IMG/VR virus record: IMGVR_UViG_3300042923_001771 | Coordinates: 128,001-175,445 of that record | DNA from: a virus | Lineage: Duplodnaviria > Heunggongvirae > Uroviricota > Caudoviricetes | Direction: 5' to 3' (one strand) | Length of the DNA stretch: 47,445 nt | In this document: positions 9,001 to 17,503 of the stretch, in pieces | Layout: every line of letters starts with the position of its first letter | Position numbering within the stretch: position 1 is the stretch's first letter | Program-made: the position numbers and the translations under genes | The notes under the pieces: model-generated | The model's database searches: none | What the model saw: the letters and a program-made list of their open reading frames with translations, nothing else | Told to the model about the DNA's origin: nothing

Positions 9001-9551
9001 GGAAAATATTTTGTACAACTTTAGGTTCTGGTAAAATGCTGGTAAATAAAATTAAAGATAAGAGTATTAACAATGCTTCAAATAGATTACCTGGCGGACA
9101 AAATTATTCATATTTGTTAGACGGTTCTGATATTGAGTTTGAAGGGGAACAAATGACAATTCCTGCATCTTATGGCGCTAGTTACAGTGTTAATAGAAAA
9201 TTAGTATTTAGAAATGAATTTACTGAATTAGTATTTAACAATGAGTATGATGATGATGTGAATTCATTAAATACTGAATTTAGTATTTCTAAACTCTATG
9301 GCCAGAATCATCAAGATGCTTTTATTTCATCTTTAATTAGCGAAGTCAATTTTTGTATTCAAGATACAAAAGTAGCAATCAATAAATATCTTGGAGCTGC
9401 TTGTTTAGTGGCAGATGAAGAGGGGAATATTTTCTTACTTGTAATTGGTGAAATTAAAACATCAAAAACCAAATCTTCAATTATTAAGCCAACTCACGGT
9501 GATCTATTCAAAATTGAAAACAACCCAATTGTTGTTGTTAGAAAATATTAA
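6087..9551 (+). CDS. Large virion structural protein (baseplate/tail-associated) with a LamG/concanavalin-like domain
   Basis: N-terminal KFGVNRPILETELNELQ typical of large-phage baseplate/tail proteins; central GTIDFFLKP...YHIRLTW...KIYING...IDELVMY is LamG-like; T/N/G-rich beta composition. Confidence 0.75.
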   Translation: MANEDFKFDTSYNPDSAFTRVKFGVNRPILETELNELQKINEERLMNFIRQNSPTGFWEIVKRDFIGAPIVYNPNGKENSIAISPARLLLNGYNVVVEGNDTVNGFSGYTIIDFGEAPDSGSSFYNFAYLELWFEELNSQSTIYKNGYIDGDALPNNLVDDRVGGETSRRVALRYKFNVKNDVDFDRWPQGFGFENISEYSPIYASGPNNVSITNHKYLFISALSPEFRNTTFYGDSGLYVAGRPDHPNTNVDFGILENYIFAIPVLSVKRRNKNTYSSSNSNGADKYINEGSLSNRPDGLFFNRIDPRDVNDLRKTVTLGQVNTTKMLDQSLKNLMNGALKTSKKETLLRSQFGVAPIESYEDTSYNNNAIFHVKFRNQNLTPTIGLVGTVDGTPEYHLAASGYGLSLDGNIEVKYPINTFYQEAGTIDFFLKPYWDGADQNISQTILSVSNETGYPLMLLKKIQGKLVLRLNYSQDETLSTYTMAYLDQNPIYNNEIYHIRLTWQSSINGSDSKIYINGNLAASGIYIHSALAPKYITLGAKNENINSYSPDFVGCVIDELVMYSKVLDNGFLQLSSDIVNGDARIHSSFNGVLSSFKDNTNTQTTITPVTTVPASTSLTLSVPYGLTIDSSSPLNVYNPQTNVSYTGTWDNFVNNTAVFTPTDPATFTGETIWVVHGVTLSGGFGIKDIPTKVLKATINNEEMSFASTMEDKRQITLVNADNTIEKEHKAFDYNSDRDARSAFARLLEYKFISNGTNIYVLPATLYGRAVIGIKKVDKPLSSVLKNANGSYEIILIEELPYNETFIVTVALGGYAFEYETYTKSPIVNTMRAATIKIPTTGNTKIYAISATGAIPGSNIVDPAGGVIVSFLGLDGYDEDYNSVDFGTNVFVTGSQFNYFANATVTGIGTPIININFVTTPQAGHFIEIPVLVSYQPRATDIISVWYDYVPYQGVLNKNIQKDLRRLTDWKIFCTTLGSGKMLVNKIKDKSINNASNRLPGGQNYSYLLDGSDIEFEGEQMTIPASYGASYSVNRKLVFRNEFTELVFNNEYDDDVNSLNTEFSISKLYGQNHQDAFISSLISEVNFCIQDTKVAINKYLGAACLVADEEGNIFLLVIGEIKTSKTKSSIIKPTHGDLFKIENNPIVVVRKY

Positions 9552-9566
9552 GCTGGGAGTATTTCG

Positions 9567-9761
9567 ATGAAAAGACTTATTAAAAAGGCTAAACAAAATT
9601 TTGCCGTTGGAGATAAGGTAATTTATAAAACTCATCCTTACGACAATACTACAATATATACAGTTGAAGAGGTTTTGACGGGTGGAACTTATTTTATAGC
9701 AAATGAAGAAACAGCTTATACGGATATTAACGGTAGAAACTTGGAAAAGTTAAATTCATAA
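9567..9761 (+). CDS. Small SH3-like hypothetical protein with the basic N-terminal tag MKRLIKKA
   Basis: FAVGDKVIY beta pattern; RBS GGGAG; appears co-transcribed with the structural gene. Confidence 0.7.
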   Translation: MKRLIKKAKQNFAVGDKVIYKTHPYDNTTIYTVEEVLTGGTYFIANEETAYTDINGRNLEKLNS

Positions 9762-9799
9762 AAAAAAGCTATCTAGTTTTTACTAGATAGCTTTTTTTT
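9760..9799. terminator. Bidirectional terminator
   Basis: A-run-GCTATCTAGT-loop-ACTAGATAGC-T-run between convergent genes. Confidence 0.85.
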
Positions 9800-10832
9800 A
9801 TTTTTTTGTAATTTGTTCTAGTTCTCTAATTGTTCTTTCCAATGCTTCTTTGTAAGGTGATTGTTGACTTGGCAAGGAAAATCTATAGTAGAATAAAATA
9901 GCAACTATGATAATGAACAACGTAATAAAGACGGAGGTAATAAATGCGTTGTAAAGTGCCGCTGTAACAATTCGAGTTATTTCATCAAATTTAGTAGTAA
10001 CGGCAATCTGACTTACATCATTATTAATGTTAGTAACATTCATTTTAGTAACGTATTGATTACCAACCTTTGTACTACTTTCATCAAAGTAGTTTTTTGA
10101 ATTAGTTCCTGGTGGACTATTTTCAAAGCGGATATCAATAATGTTTTCATTGTCTTCATTAATTGTTTTTAAACTACCAATTAAATCAATAACGCTTGGA
10201 TCTTTGATATCACTAACTGATAAACTGATTTCTAGTACAATGAATCCAACTTTATCAATATATCCAACTCCTTTATAAGCTAACTTATTAAAGTCATAGG
10301 GATATTTTGGAGATTGAGAGAATTTATCAACATAAATTTCTTTGTTCTTTAAAACATCATTGAAAATTTTATTCCAGTCTGTGTCAGTTCTATCTTTATA
10401 AATACTAGCTGAGTTTAAACCAATATCTGCAGAATCTGTTGAGTACTTAACCATTCCATTATCATCAAGTACATAAATATTAGTTATGTTATACTCCTTT
10501 TTGAGGTTTTGAAGAGCGGTATTATCAACAGTTCCAATTGATTTAATTTCAGTTTCCATAGATAGCAATATGCTCTTCATTGTGTCAGCAACAAATGGCT
10601 CTACAGCAAGAACAAACTTGTTAACGCCTTCATACCTGTCTTTAGCATTCATAGTAATAAGTTTAGAGAGTTTATATGAGTCGGCTTCGGTTGCTGATTT
10701 TAATTGGAAGAAGTTTATCCAAATAGTACTTAAACTAAACAAGCAAATTAATGCAAAAGATAACAAGAAAAACCTAAGTGTTTTTGCTTTAGGACTCCTA
10801 GGATTCTTAACTTTTTTATTTTTAAGTTTCAT
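9798..10832 (-). CDS. Two-TM membrane protein with an extracellular Cache/PDC-like sensor domain and no output domain
   Basis: TM at about aa 20-42 and 290-316; ITNIYVLDDNGMVKYST Cache-like motif; only about 28 aa follow TM2. Confidence 0.6.
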   Translation of the reverse strand: MKLKNKKVKNPRSPKAKTLRFFLLSFALICLFSLSTIWINFFQLKSATEADSYKLSKLITMNAKDRYEGVNKFVLAVEPFVADTMKSILLSMETEIKSIGTVDNTALQNLKKEYNITNIYVLDDNGMVKYSTDSADIGLNSASIYKDRTDTDWNKIFNDVLKNKEIYVDKFSQSPKYPYDFNKLAYKGVGYIDKVGFIVLEISLSVSDIKDPSVIDLIGSLKTINEDNENIIDIRFENSPPGTNSKNYFDESSTKVGNQYVTKMNVTNINNDVSQIAVTTKFDEITRIVTAALYNAFITSVFITLFIIIVAILFYYRFSLPSQQSPYKEALERTIRELEQITKK

Positions 10833-10844
10833 AAAAACACCCCC

Positions 10845-11174
10845 TTATTTAATGATATGCTCTAAGACGTAAGTTAAAAGCGAAATTGCAAGAGTTGTTG
10901 CTGTACCTAATAACCACATTTGAATTTTGTTGAATCTTTCATCAATCTTTTCATCCAAAGAGGCATCGGTACTGTTAATTGTTTCTAATAACTGTCTCTC
11001 GTTGTCAATGATTTTGTCGATTTTGTCTTCAAGTTTTTGAACCTTAGCAATTAATTGCTCTTCATTTTTGTTAATTCTTTCATCTTGCTGTTCTTGCCAT
11101 CTTTCAATTGAACTAACTTTAGCCTCTAAAGCAGCCACTTTTGCCATTAATTCATATCTTTCATTTTCTCCCAT
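10845..11174 (-). CDS. Coiled-coil protein with a C-terminal TM helix (XhlA/holin-like)
   Basis: Heptad-rich N-terminus (KVAALEAKV...LEDKIDKI) then WLLGTATTLAISLLTYVL; strong RBS. Confidence 0.55.
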   Translation of the reverse strand: MGENERYELMAKVAALEAKVSSIERWQEQQDERINKNEEQLIAKVQKLEDKIDKIIDNERQLLETINSTDASLDEKIDERFNKIQMWLLGTATTLAISLLTYVLEHIIK

Positions 11175-11394
11175 TCCAACCCCCTCCCCACATTAATTTA
11201 ATAAAGAAATGAGATTATAAAGCGTTTTTAAAAAAAATTATTTACCAAAAATAAATAAATCCTTCCTACTATACGAATAAATGATAAATCTTTAATTATA
11301 TCTCCAATAGAGAATCAACAACGCTGGAAAATAACTTGTTAAAATTATGAACGCAATTGATAATAATATCTCCATTAGGAGGTGCATTTAAATA

Positions 11395-11652
11395 ATGGCA
11401 TGGGAAGATAATTACAGTAAATTAGTAGAAATTATGCATCCAATCAACGACAACAAAGAATGGAGATTGGTACTTGAGGAACATAAAACAAAGGGTACTC
11501 TTCATGTAAACATTAGAGCTTTTCAAACTGAGGGAGCTTACACTGGTCCTACAAAAAATGGTATGAATTTTGCAGTTAATTCCATTGAAGAACTTGAACA
11601 ATTTCAGGTTGCGTTAAATCAATTTTTTGCAAAAGCTAAAGAAATGCTTTAA
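11395..11652 (+). CDS. PC4/YdbC-like ssDNA-binding / transcriptional coactivator
   Basis: HVNIRAF...GPTKNGMNF...ELEQF matches the PC4 pattern (xDIRxf...PTKKGi); class II element at 11337. Confidence 0.65.
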   Translation: MAWEDNYSKLVEIMHPINDNKEWRLVLEEHKTKGTLHVNIRAFQTEGAYTGPTKNGMNFAVNSIEELEQFQVALNQFFAKAKEML

Positions 11653-11754
11653 GGTCGAATTTTTCGACCTTTTTATTTATAAAAAATTGAAAACATAATA
11701 TAATAAAGATACAACATACTTTGAAAAATATATCTTGTGCATCGGAGGTGTAAA

Positions 11755-12141
11755 TTGAAACTAGATTTTAATTGGACTACAATAAATAGAGAAGAAATTA
11801 AACTTCCGCATGAAGAGCTTGAAGAAATGCTTGATTCTTTAATTGTTTCAAATTTATTGATTGGTTTTGAGGTTAATTTTTCTATGTTGGAAGCTTCAAA
11901 CGATATAAGATTTTCAATTGATTTTGTAATTAATGACACAAGAATAAATGTTATGATAATTGAACGAGAAAATCAATTTAATTACATTAGTTTTAGTTTA
12001 TTTTCTCGTATGGATTCTCTATCATATCAAAAAGTTTATGATAAATGTGGCATTCATAGTCGTGCTCGAACAAATGAAGAGATTATAGAATTATTGCTTA
12101 ATGTTGATAAGATACTAAATATCGTGCATAAGTGCAAGTAA
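11755..12141 (+). CDS. Hypothetical protein
   Basis: ORF with GGAGGT RBS before TTG at 11755 (track start 11737). Confidence 0.6.
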   Translation: MKLDFNWTTINREEIKLPHEELEEMLDSLIVSNLLIGFEVNFSMLEASNDIRFSIDFVINDTRINVMIIERENQFNYISFSLFSRMDSLSYQKVYDKCGIHSRARTNEEIIELLLNVDKILNIVHKCK

Positions 12142-12185
12142 ACAAATCGTTTAACAAATGTTATACATAGAAAGGAGGAGTCACA

Positions 12186-13757
12186 ATGTCAAAATTGGAA
12201 GACTTCGGACAATTAATCAGAACGACGGTTGCTGGATCAAATAGTTATGGCACAGCACGTAAACCATTACTTGATGCAAATGGAAATGAAATCCCAGGGA
12301 GCGGTTCTGATTATGATGAGAGAGGAATTTTTATTCCTCATCGTAAGTTTTTGGTTGGTTTACACAATGTGGAAGTTTTTCAAGACAAAAGTAATGATGA
12401 TATTGAGTATTTCTCATTACAAAAATTTGTATCATTAGCTCTTGAGGGAAATCCAAATGTCGTTGAACAATTGTTTGTAGACAGAAAACATGTTTTATTT
12501 GAACATGAGCTTGGTAAAGAGCTTTATGATTTACGTTATGAGTTTCTTACCAAAAATGCTTATGGCAGATTCGGTAGTTACGCGTTTGCTCAGATGAAAC
12601 GTTTAAACTCCAAAAATAATGGTTCGCATCATGGTTCTCATAAAGACATCATTGATGAGTATGGTTATGATACAAAACATGCTATGCATCTTGTTCGTCT
12701 TTTTCAAATGGGTATTCAAATTCTCACCCATAGAGAATTGTATACGTTTAGACCGAACTGGGAAGAATTACTTGCAATCCGTTATGGTAAATATACTTTG
12801 GCACAAATTCTTGCATATGCTGAAGAACTCAATAGACAACTTGAAGAAGCTATGATGAAGTCGACTATTCCAGATTATCCTGACTTTGATAAGCTAAATA
12901 AATGGATAATCAGTGCAACTGATAGAGCTCACGGTTTGATTACTGATAAGGGAATATTTAAAGGAGCTCAATTTAATGTTCTTCCTTTAGAATATGAAAT
13001 GGTTGATAAATGCGCCCTTGTTTCTGTTTCAAACAGACTTGTTCGTAGTAAAAACAAGTCAGAAGCTATGGGAGTTGTTATTCCATATAAGGATTGGTTT
13101 ACTGGGTTAAGAAATTTTTCTGAGTTTAAATTTGAAAACACTAGTATTGATAGTGTTTATAAGTTTGTAAACAAAGCTAGAGCTTGTGATCCAAAAACAA
13201 TTGATTTATTGTTTGCTTCAGATAAGCATGTTTTGTACCAACATGAAATGGCTAATGAATTTAAAGAAAAAATGAAAACTCTCTTTACAACAAAAGCTGC
13301 TTATCATAAAGCTAAAAACTATGCAGCTGGTAATCTGAAAAACATGTTGTATTGGGAACAATTAAAGGCCAAGTGGGAAAAGGGACGTCAAGCTTCTGGA
13401 AAGAAAATGACTGATTACCCACCAGTTCCGGAAAAGACCGAACCAGACCAAGCATCAATGATGACTAAGTATGGTTACAACACTATATTAGCATATGACA
13501 TTGTTCATGTATTAAAGGTTATGACTGAGTTAATGAAAACGGGAGTTATTGTTGATAGTAGAGCGTATGAACCAGAATTATATGCAATCAAACACGCTAA
13601 ATACAAAACATTTGAAGAGTATCATGAATATGTGAAGGAATTACTTCAAGAATTAGAGGAAGCAAATAAAAACTCTGTTCTTAGTAATCATAATTTTGAA
13701 GAGGTAGAGCAATGGTTAATTGAATATATTAATAGATTTCATGCTCAATTAAATTAG
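12186..13757 (+). CDS. Pol-beta-superfamily nucleotidyltransferase (RlaP/YcgL-like), internally duplicated
   Basis: GSNSYG...SDYDERGIF...GNPNVVEQLF...YGYDTKHAMHLVRL; the second half repeats the pattern (GVVIP...DPKTIDLLF...YGYNTILAYDIV) without the catalytic motif. Confidence 0.8.
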   Translation: MSKLEDFGQLIRTTVAGSNSYGTARKPLLDANGNEIPGSGSDYDERGIFIPHRKFLVGLHNVEVFQDKSNDDIEYFSLQKFVSLALEGNPNVVEQLFVDRKHVLFEHELGKELYDLRYEFLTKNAYGRFGSYAFAQMKRLNSKNNGSHHGSHKDIIDEYGYDTKHAMHLVRLFQMGIQILTHRELYTFRPNWEELLAIRYGKYTLAQILAYAEELNRQLEEAMMKSTIPDYPDFDKLNKWIISATDRAHGLITDKGIFKGAQFNVLPLEYEMVDKCALVSVSNRLVRSKNKSEAMGVVIPYKDWFTGLRNFSEFKFENTSIDSVYKFVNKARACDPKTIDLLFASDKHVLYQHEMANEFKEKMKTLFTTKAAYHKAKNYAAGNLKNMLYWEQLKAKWEKGRQASGKKMTDYPPVPEKTEPDQASMMTKYGYNTILAYDIVHVLKVMTELMKTGVIVDSRAYEPELYAIKHAKYKTFEEYHEYVKELLQELEEANKNSVLSNHNFEEVEQWLIEYINRFHAQLN

Positions 13758-13768
13758 GAGGAAATATA

Positions 13769-13981
13769 ATGAAAACAATATTTACAGGTTTATCAATGTT
13801 AGCTTTAGTTATTCTTGATTTTTATTTCTTTGTCAATGCTTTGGATCTTGGCTTTAATCAACATATTTATGACAAGGCAACTTTTTACAGTGTAATTGTT
13901 GTTTATTTAACTATTGTTTTAAATAATCTATCAAAAGCAATAGATAAGGACAATAAGAAAAAAGGGAAAGAAGGGGAGTAA
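13769..13981 (+). CDS. Small two-TM membrane protein
   Basis: Two hydrophobic segments and a basic C-tail; RBS AGGAGG. Confidence 0.65.
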   Translation: MKTIFTGLSMLALVILDFYFFVNALDLGFNQHIYDKATFYSVIVVYLTIVLNNLSKAIDKDNKKKGKEGE

Positions 13982-14061
13982 AATCTCCTTCTTTTTTTGT
14001 GTTAAAAACATATCTAAATCCTTATATAATAATCATATAACAATTACGGGAGGAATAACCG

Positions 14062-14607
14062 ATGTTTAAAAAACAAGAATTCAGTAAATTGACTGATGTT
14101 GCTGGCGTTTCAAATGCAATTAAGAAAATAGTACCAAAAGGATATACGAATGATGATGTCGTCTTTGTTTGTGTTGGATCAGATAGAAGCACTGGAGATT
14201 CTCTTGGCCCTTATGTTGGAACGCAATTGCAAAAGATGGGTTACACTAACGTCTATGGTACATTGATTGATCCAGTTCATGCTATGACTTTGGAAGAAAC
14301 TTTGGAAAAACTTCCAACAAATAAATATGTAATTGCTATTGATGCTTGTTTAGGACAAGTTTCAAGTGTTGGCACAATCTTTATGAGAGAAGAACCATTA
14401 AAGCCTGGTGCTGGAGTAGATAAAGAATTACCTCCGGTTGGAGATTGTGCTATTTGTGGAGTTGTAAATGTTTCTGGATTTATGGAATACTTTGTACTTC
14501 AAAATACTCGATTGAGCTTGGTCATTGGAATGGCTGAAACAATTGTTGATGCCATTAGTGAAGCATTACCAACAATTCAGCGCCGACAATTTTATTTTAA
14601 GCATTAA
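14062..14607 (+). CDS. yyaC: Spore protease YyaC family
   Basis: VCVGSDRSTGDSLGP, VYGTLIDPVHA, IAIDACLG, PLKPGAGVDKELPPVGD, VLQNTRL. Confidence 0.92.
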   Translation: MFKKQEFSKLTDVAGVSNAIKKIVPKGYTNDDVVFVCVGSDRSTGDSLGPYVGTQLQKMGYTNVYGTLIDPVHAMTLEETLEKLPTNKYVIAIDACLGQVSSVGTIFMREEPLKPGAGVDKELPPVGDCAICGVVNVSGFMEYFVLQNTRLSLVIGMAETIVDAISEALPTIQRRQFYFKH

Positions 14608-14712
14608 AATAGAGGTCAAAGTTTTAAAAAGAGGAGGAATACATTCTCCTTTCTAAAAATCAAACTGAAATCAATCAGTGAAATAAAATAATAATAATTT
14701 AGAGGTGGAAAA

Positions 14713-15018
14713 ATGAAAACCTATGTATTCAGCGTTAATGAAGCAGAGAATTGGAACAACAAGAAAATAACTTCTTTAATGATATGCGATAAACTTTACT
14801 GGTTACAAGAGGGACATTGTTATGATAGTCACATTAGCGGAGAAGATGAAGCTCTTGATATCGTTCTTGATGAGCTTGGTTTAGAAGAAGTATCGGAGTC
14901 AATATTTGAAACTGATTTAACGCCGGAGGTTGTAAAAGAAAAACTCTTGAAATATCCAAATTTTGAGTTTGACGAAAAATTTCAAGAACTTATTGATGGT
15001 TATAATGATTTAAATTAA
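14713..15018 (+). CDS. Acidic hypothetical protein
   Basis: ORF with RBS GAGGTG and a terminator at 15031. Confidence 0.65.
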   Translation: MKTYVFSVNEAENWNNKKITSLMICDKLYWLQEGHCYDSHISGEDEALDIVLDELGLEEVSESIFETDLTPEVVKEKLLKYPNFEFDEKFQELIDGYNDLN

Positions 15019-15030
15019 ATAACTAATATA

Positions 15031-15062
15031 ATGTAAGGGTACATTAGTACCCTTACATTTTT
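15031..15062 (+). terminator. Intrinsic terminator
   Basis: ATGTAAGGGTAC-ATTA-GTACCCTTACAT plus T-run. Confidence 0.8.
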
Positions 15063-15173
15063 CAATCTTATGGGACTTAAATGTTAAATTTGATTATTAT
15101 TTTACATAATATATTCAAGAATAATAATTATTTAATATTAATTAAATCAAATAATCAGGAGTGAAAACCTAAA

Positions 15174-15479
15174 ATGACAACATTAGAGAAAATTTTAGCC
15201 AAAGAAGTATTTAACATTCAAGACCTTGCTGAAGTAACTAAACGTAAAACACAGACCATCCGTTCTTGGGAAAAGAAAGATATTATTTTAGATGCTGATA
15301 TGAGAAATGAAAACAACTGGAGACAGTATTCTAAACAAAGGTTTATTGAAATTTTAACTCAAATTCTTCAACATCCTTGGGAACGTCAAGTTATTAAGAA
15401 TGTGGCAGAAGTTGAGTTCGTAATCAATGAATTGCAAAACCCGGCAAAAACAACTACAGGGGTAGCAAGTGAGCAATAA
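15174..15479 (+). CDS. MerR-like HTH DNA-binding protein
   Basis: FNIQDLAEVTKRKTQTIRSWEKK...RNENNWRQYS. Confidence 0.75.
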   Translation: MTTLEKILAKEVFNIQDLAEVTKRKTQTIRSWEKKDIILDADMRNENNWRQYSKQRFIEILTQILQHPWERQVIKNVAEVEFVINELQNPAKTTTGVASEQ

Positions 15480-16953
15480 GGTACACATTGTACTAGACAA
15501 TGTTTATGCTAAAATTATTGGCGCCGATAAAGATACTGAGTTTACAATTTGGAATGAACTTTCGTTCCAAGTTGAAGAATTTGGTCAAGATCATGTAACT
15601 CGGCGTCATTTATTTAATCGCAAAACAAAAAAGACATACGCCGGGCTTATTCCATATGTTGAGCGAATCCTTAAGGAAGCACAAATTGATTATGACATTG
15701 TTGATAGTAGAATTAGACCGGAAGAAAATGCTGACTTCTCTTTAGTGAAGGAAATTGATATTGGTGGGGGCAAAAAGATACCTTTGACTGCTCGTCCATA
15801 TCAAGAAAAGATTATGAATGATTGTGAGCCACGTGAGTGTTTGCAGGCTGCTACGGGGGCCGGCAAGACTTTTATGATGGCAGGTATTATAGCTAAATTT
15901 AATGTCAAACCTGTATTAGTTTTTGCTGATAAAATGTCGCTTGTTTCTCAAATTAAAGAAGAGTTTGAGAAATTCCTTGGCACTGAAGTTGGAATTATTG
16001 GTGGTGGAATGAAAGACATAAAAGATATTACTATTTGTTCTGTTCAGTCAGCAGTTAACGAAGATGAATTACTGAAAAGTGCTCAAATGATTATGTTTGA
16101 TGAGTGTCATCACCTACCTTCCAATACTATGAATGAAGTAGCAACAAAAGCAGACAATGCTTACTTTAGAATTGGTGTTTCTGCAACTCCTTGGCGAGAT
16201 GGTGGAGATGATTTACTTATCGAAGCTATATTATCAAAACGTAAACCTGAACATTCTATTAATGCATCTAAATTGATCGAGCTTGGGTTCTTAGTACCAG
16301 CCACAATTTATTTTGTTCCGATGAAACAGGTTGTTACAGGAAAAACTTATCATACAGTCTATAAAAAAGCTATTGTTGAAAACAAAGAGCGTAATGAGTC
16401 TATTGTTAAAATCGCACATAAGATGTTAACGACAAGACAAATGACAACTTTGATTCTCATTCAACAAGTTGCTCATGGTGAGATTTTACAAAAGATGTTG
16501 TTTGATTTAATTCCAGAAGAGACATTTACTATGACAGTGACTAATCCTAAAACTGGTAAAAGCCAACTTGTTAGAGTTAGAAACGTTGAATTTTTATCTG
16601 GCCAGGATGATGCTATAAGAAGAAAAGCTGTAATTCAAGCAACTAAAGAGAAGAAAGTAAAAATCCTTATTGGGTCAACTATCGCTGATGAGGGATTGGA
16701 TGTTCCCAGTTTAGATTGTTTGATTCTTGCTGGTGGTGGTAAATCTTCTACTCGTGCTTTTCAACGTATTGGTCGCGTACTACGTTTATTTAAAGATCCT
16801 ATTACTGGTGAAGAGAAGAAGCGTGCAGTTTGTTTCGATTTTCAAGATTTCACTCCAATGTTAAGGCGACATGCAAGGGTGAGAGAGAAACTCTATCTTA
16901 CTGAGGAAAAATGGGACATTAAGTATTTTAATCCCGAACTATTAAATGACTAA
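15469..16953 (+). CDS. SF2 DExH helicase (UvsW/ResIII-like)
   Basis: RPYQ, ATGAGKT, FDECHH, SATPWR, DEGLDVP, QRIGRVLR. Confidence 0.92.
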   Translation: MSNKVHIVLDNVYAKIIGADKDTEFTIWNELSFQVEEFGQDHVTRRHLFNRKTKKTYAGLIPYVERILKEAQIDYDIVDSRIRPEENADFSLVKEIDIGGGKKIPLTARPYQEKIMNDCEPRECLQAATGAGKTFMMAGIIAKFNVKPVLVFADKMSLVSQIKEEFEKFLGTEVGIIGGGMKDIKDITICSVQSAVNEDELLKSAQMIMFDECHHLPSNTMNEVATKADNAYFRIGVSATPWRDGGDDLLIEAILSKRKPEHSINASKLIELGFLVPATIYFVPMKQVVTGKTYHTVYKKAIVENKERNESIVKIAHKMLTTRQMTTLILIQQVAHGEILQKMLFDLIPEETFTMTVTNPKTGKSQLVRVRNVEFLSGQDDAIRRKAVIQATKEKKVKILIGSTIADEGLDVPSLDCLILAGGGKSSTRAFQRIGRVLRLFKDPITGEEKKRAVCFDFQDFTPMLRRHARVREKLYLTEEKWDIKYFNPELLND

Positions 16954-17131
16954 GGGTGGCAAAAGCCATCCTTTTTTAATTTATTAAAACTGTCAATCTT
17001 TCTAGAAAAAATTGATATATAAAAAGATTAATATTTAGTGTTATCATTACATGAAAATTGTGTTTGTCTGTTGTTTTTGATAATTTACATACGGCCGTTC
17101 AAGAAACCCCGATAAAATGATTGTTTAGTGT

Positions 17132-17310
17132 TTATTCATAGAGTGCATTGATATCGTTATGACTCACTTATTCACAGAGTGCATCTATAAATATAAAGAT
17201 CTATTTAATAATAAAAGAATAATAAAGAATAGAGAAAGATAGAGCAAGTCTACCGACTTGCGTAGTCTGTGAATAACGAATTCTCTTGTCTGTATCTACT
17301 CTACTTTATT
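17132..17310. repeat. Candidate replication origin: direct and inverted repeats containing DnaA-box-like TTATTCACA
   Basis: TTATTCA(T/C)AGAGTGCAT at 17132 and 17168; inverted TCTGTGAATAA at 17266; hairpin GCAAGTC-TACC-GACTTGC 17244-17261; lies upstream of the initiator-loader-helicase genes. Confidence 0.55.
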
Positions 17311-17503
17311 AGTCTATCAATTATAACAGATGCAATCTGAAACAAATAATATCACCTCGTTGGTAATTTCGATATGTTAATCATGTATTCTCTAATGTCA
17401 AAAACGTATTAACTACTTTTTAAAATGAATCCAACTTTTTATTACGATAATATAAGATATTATCACAAGGTTCTCGTTATTAAGATTTGAAAGGGAGATC
17501 GCA

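Noticed and set aside
14650-14690. Short AAATCAA / TGAAAT repeats
   Set aside because: Too short and AT-rich to be distinguished from background
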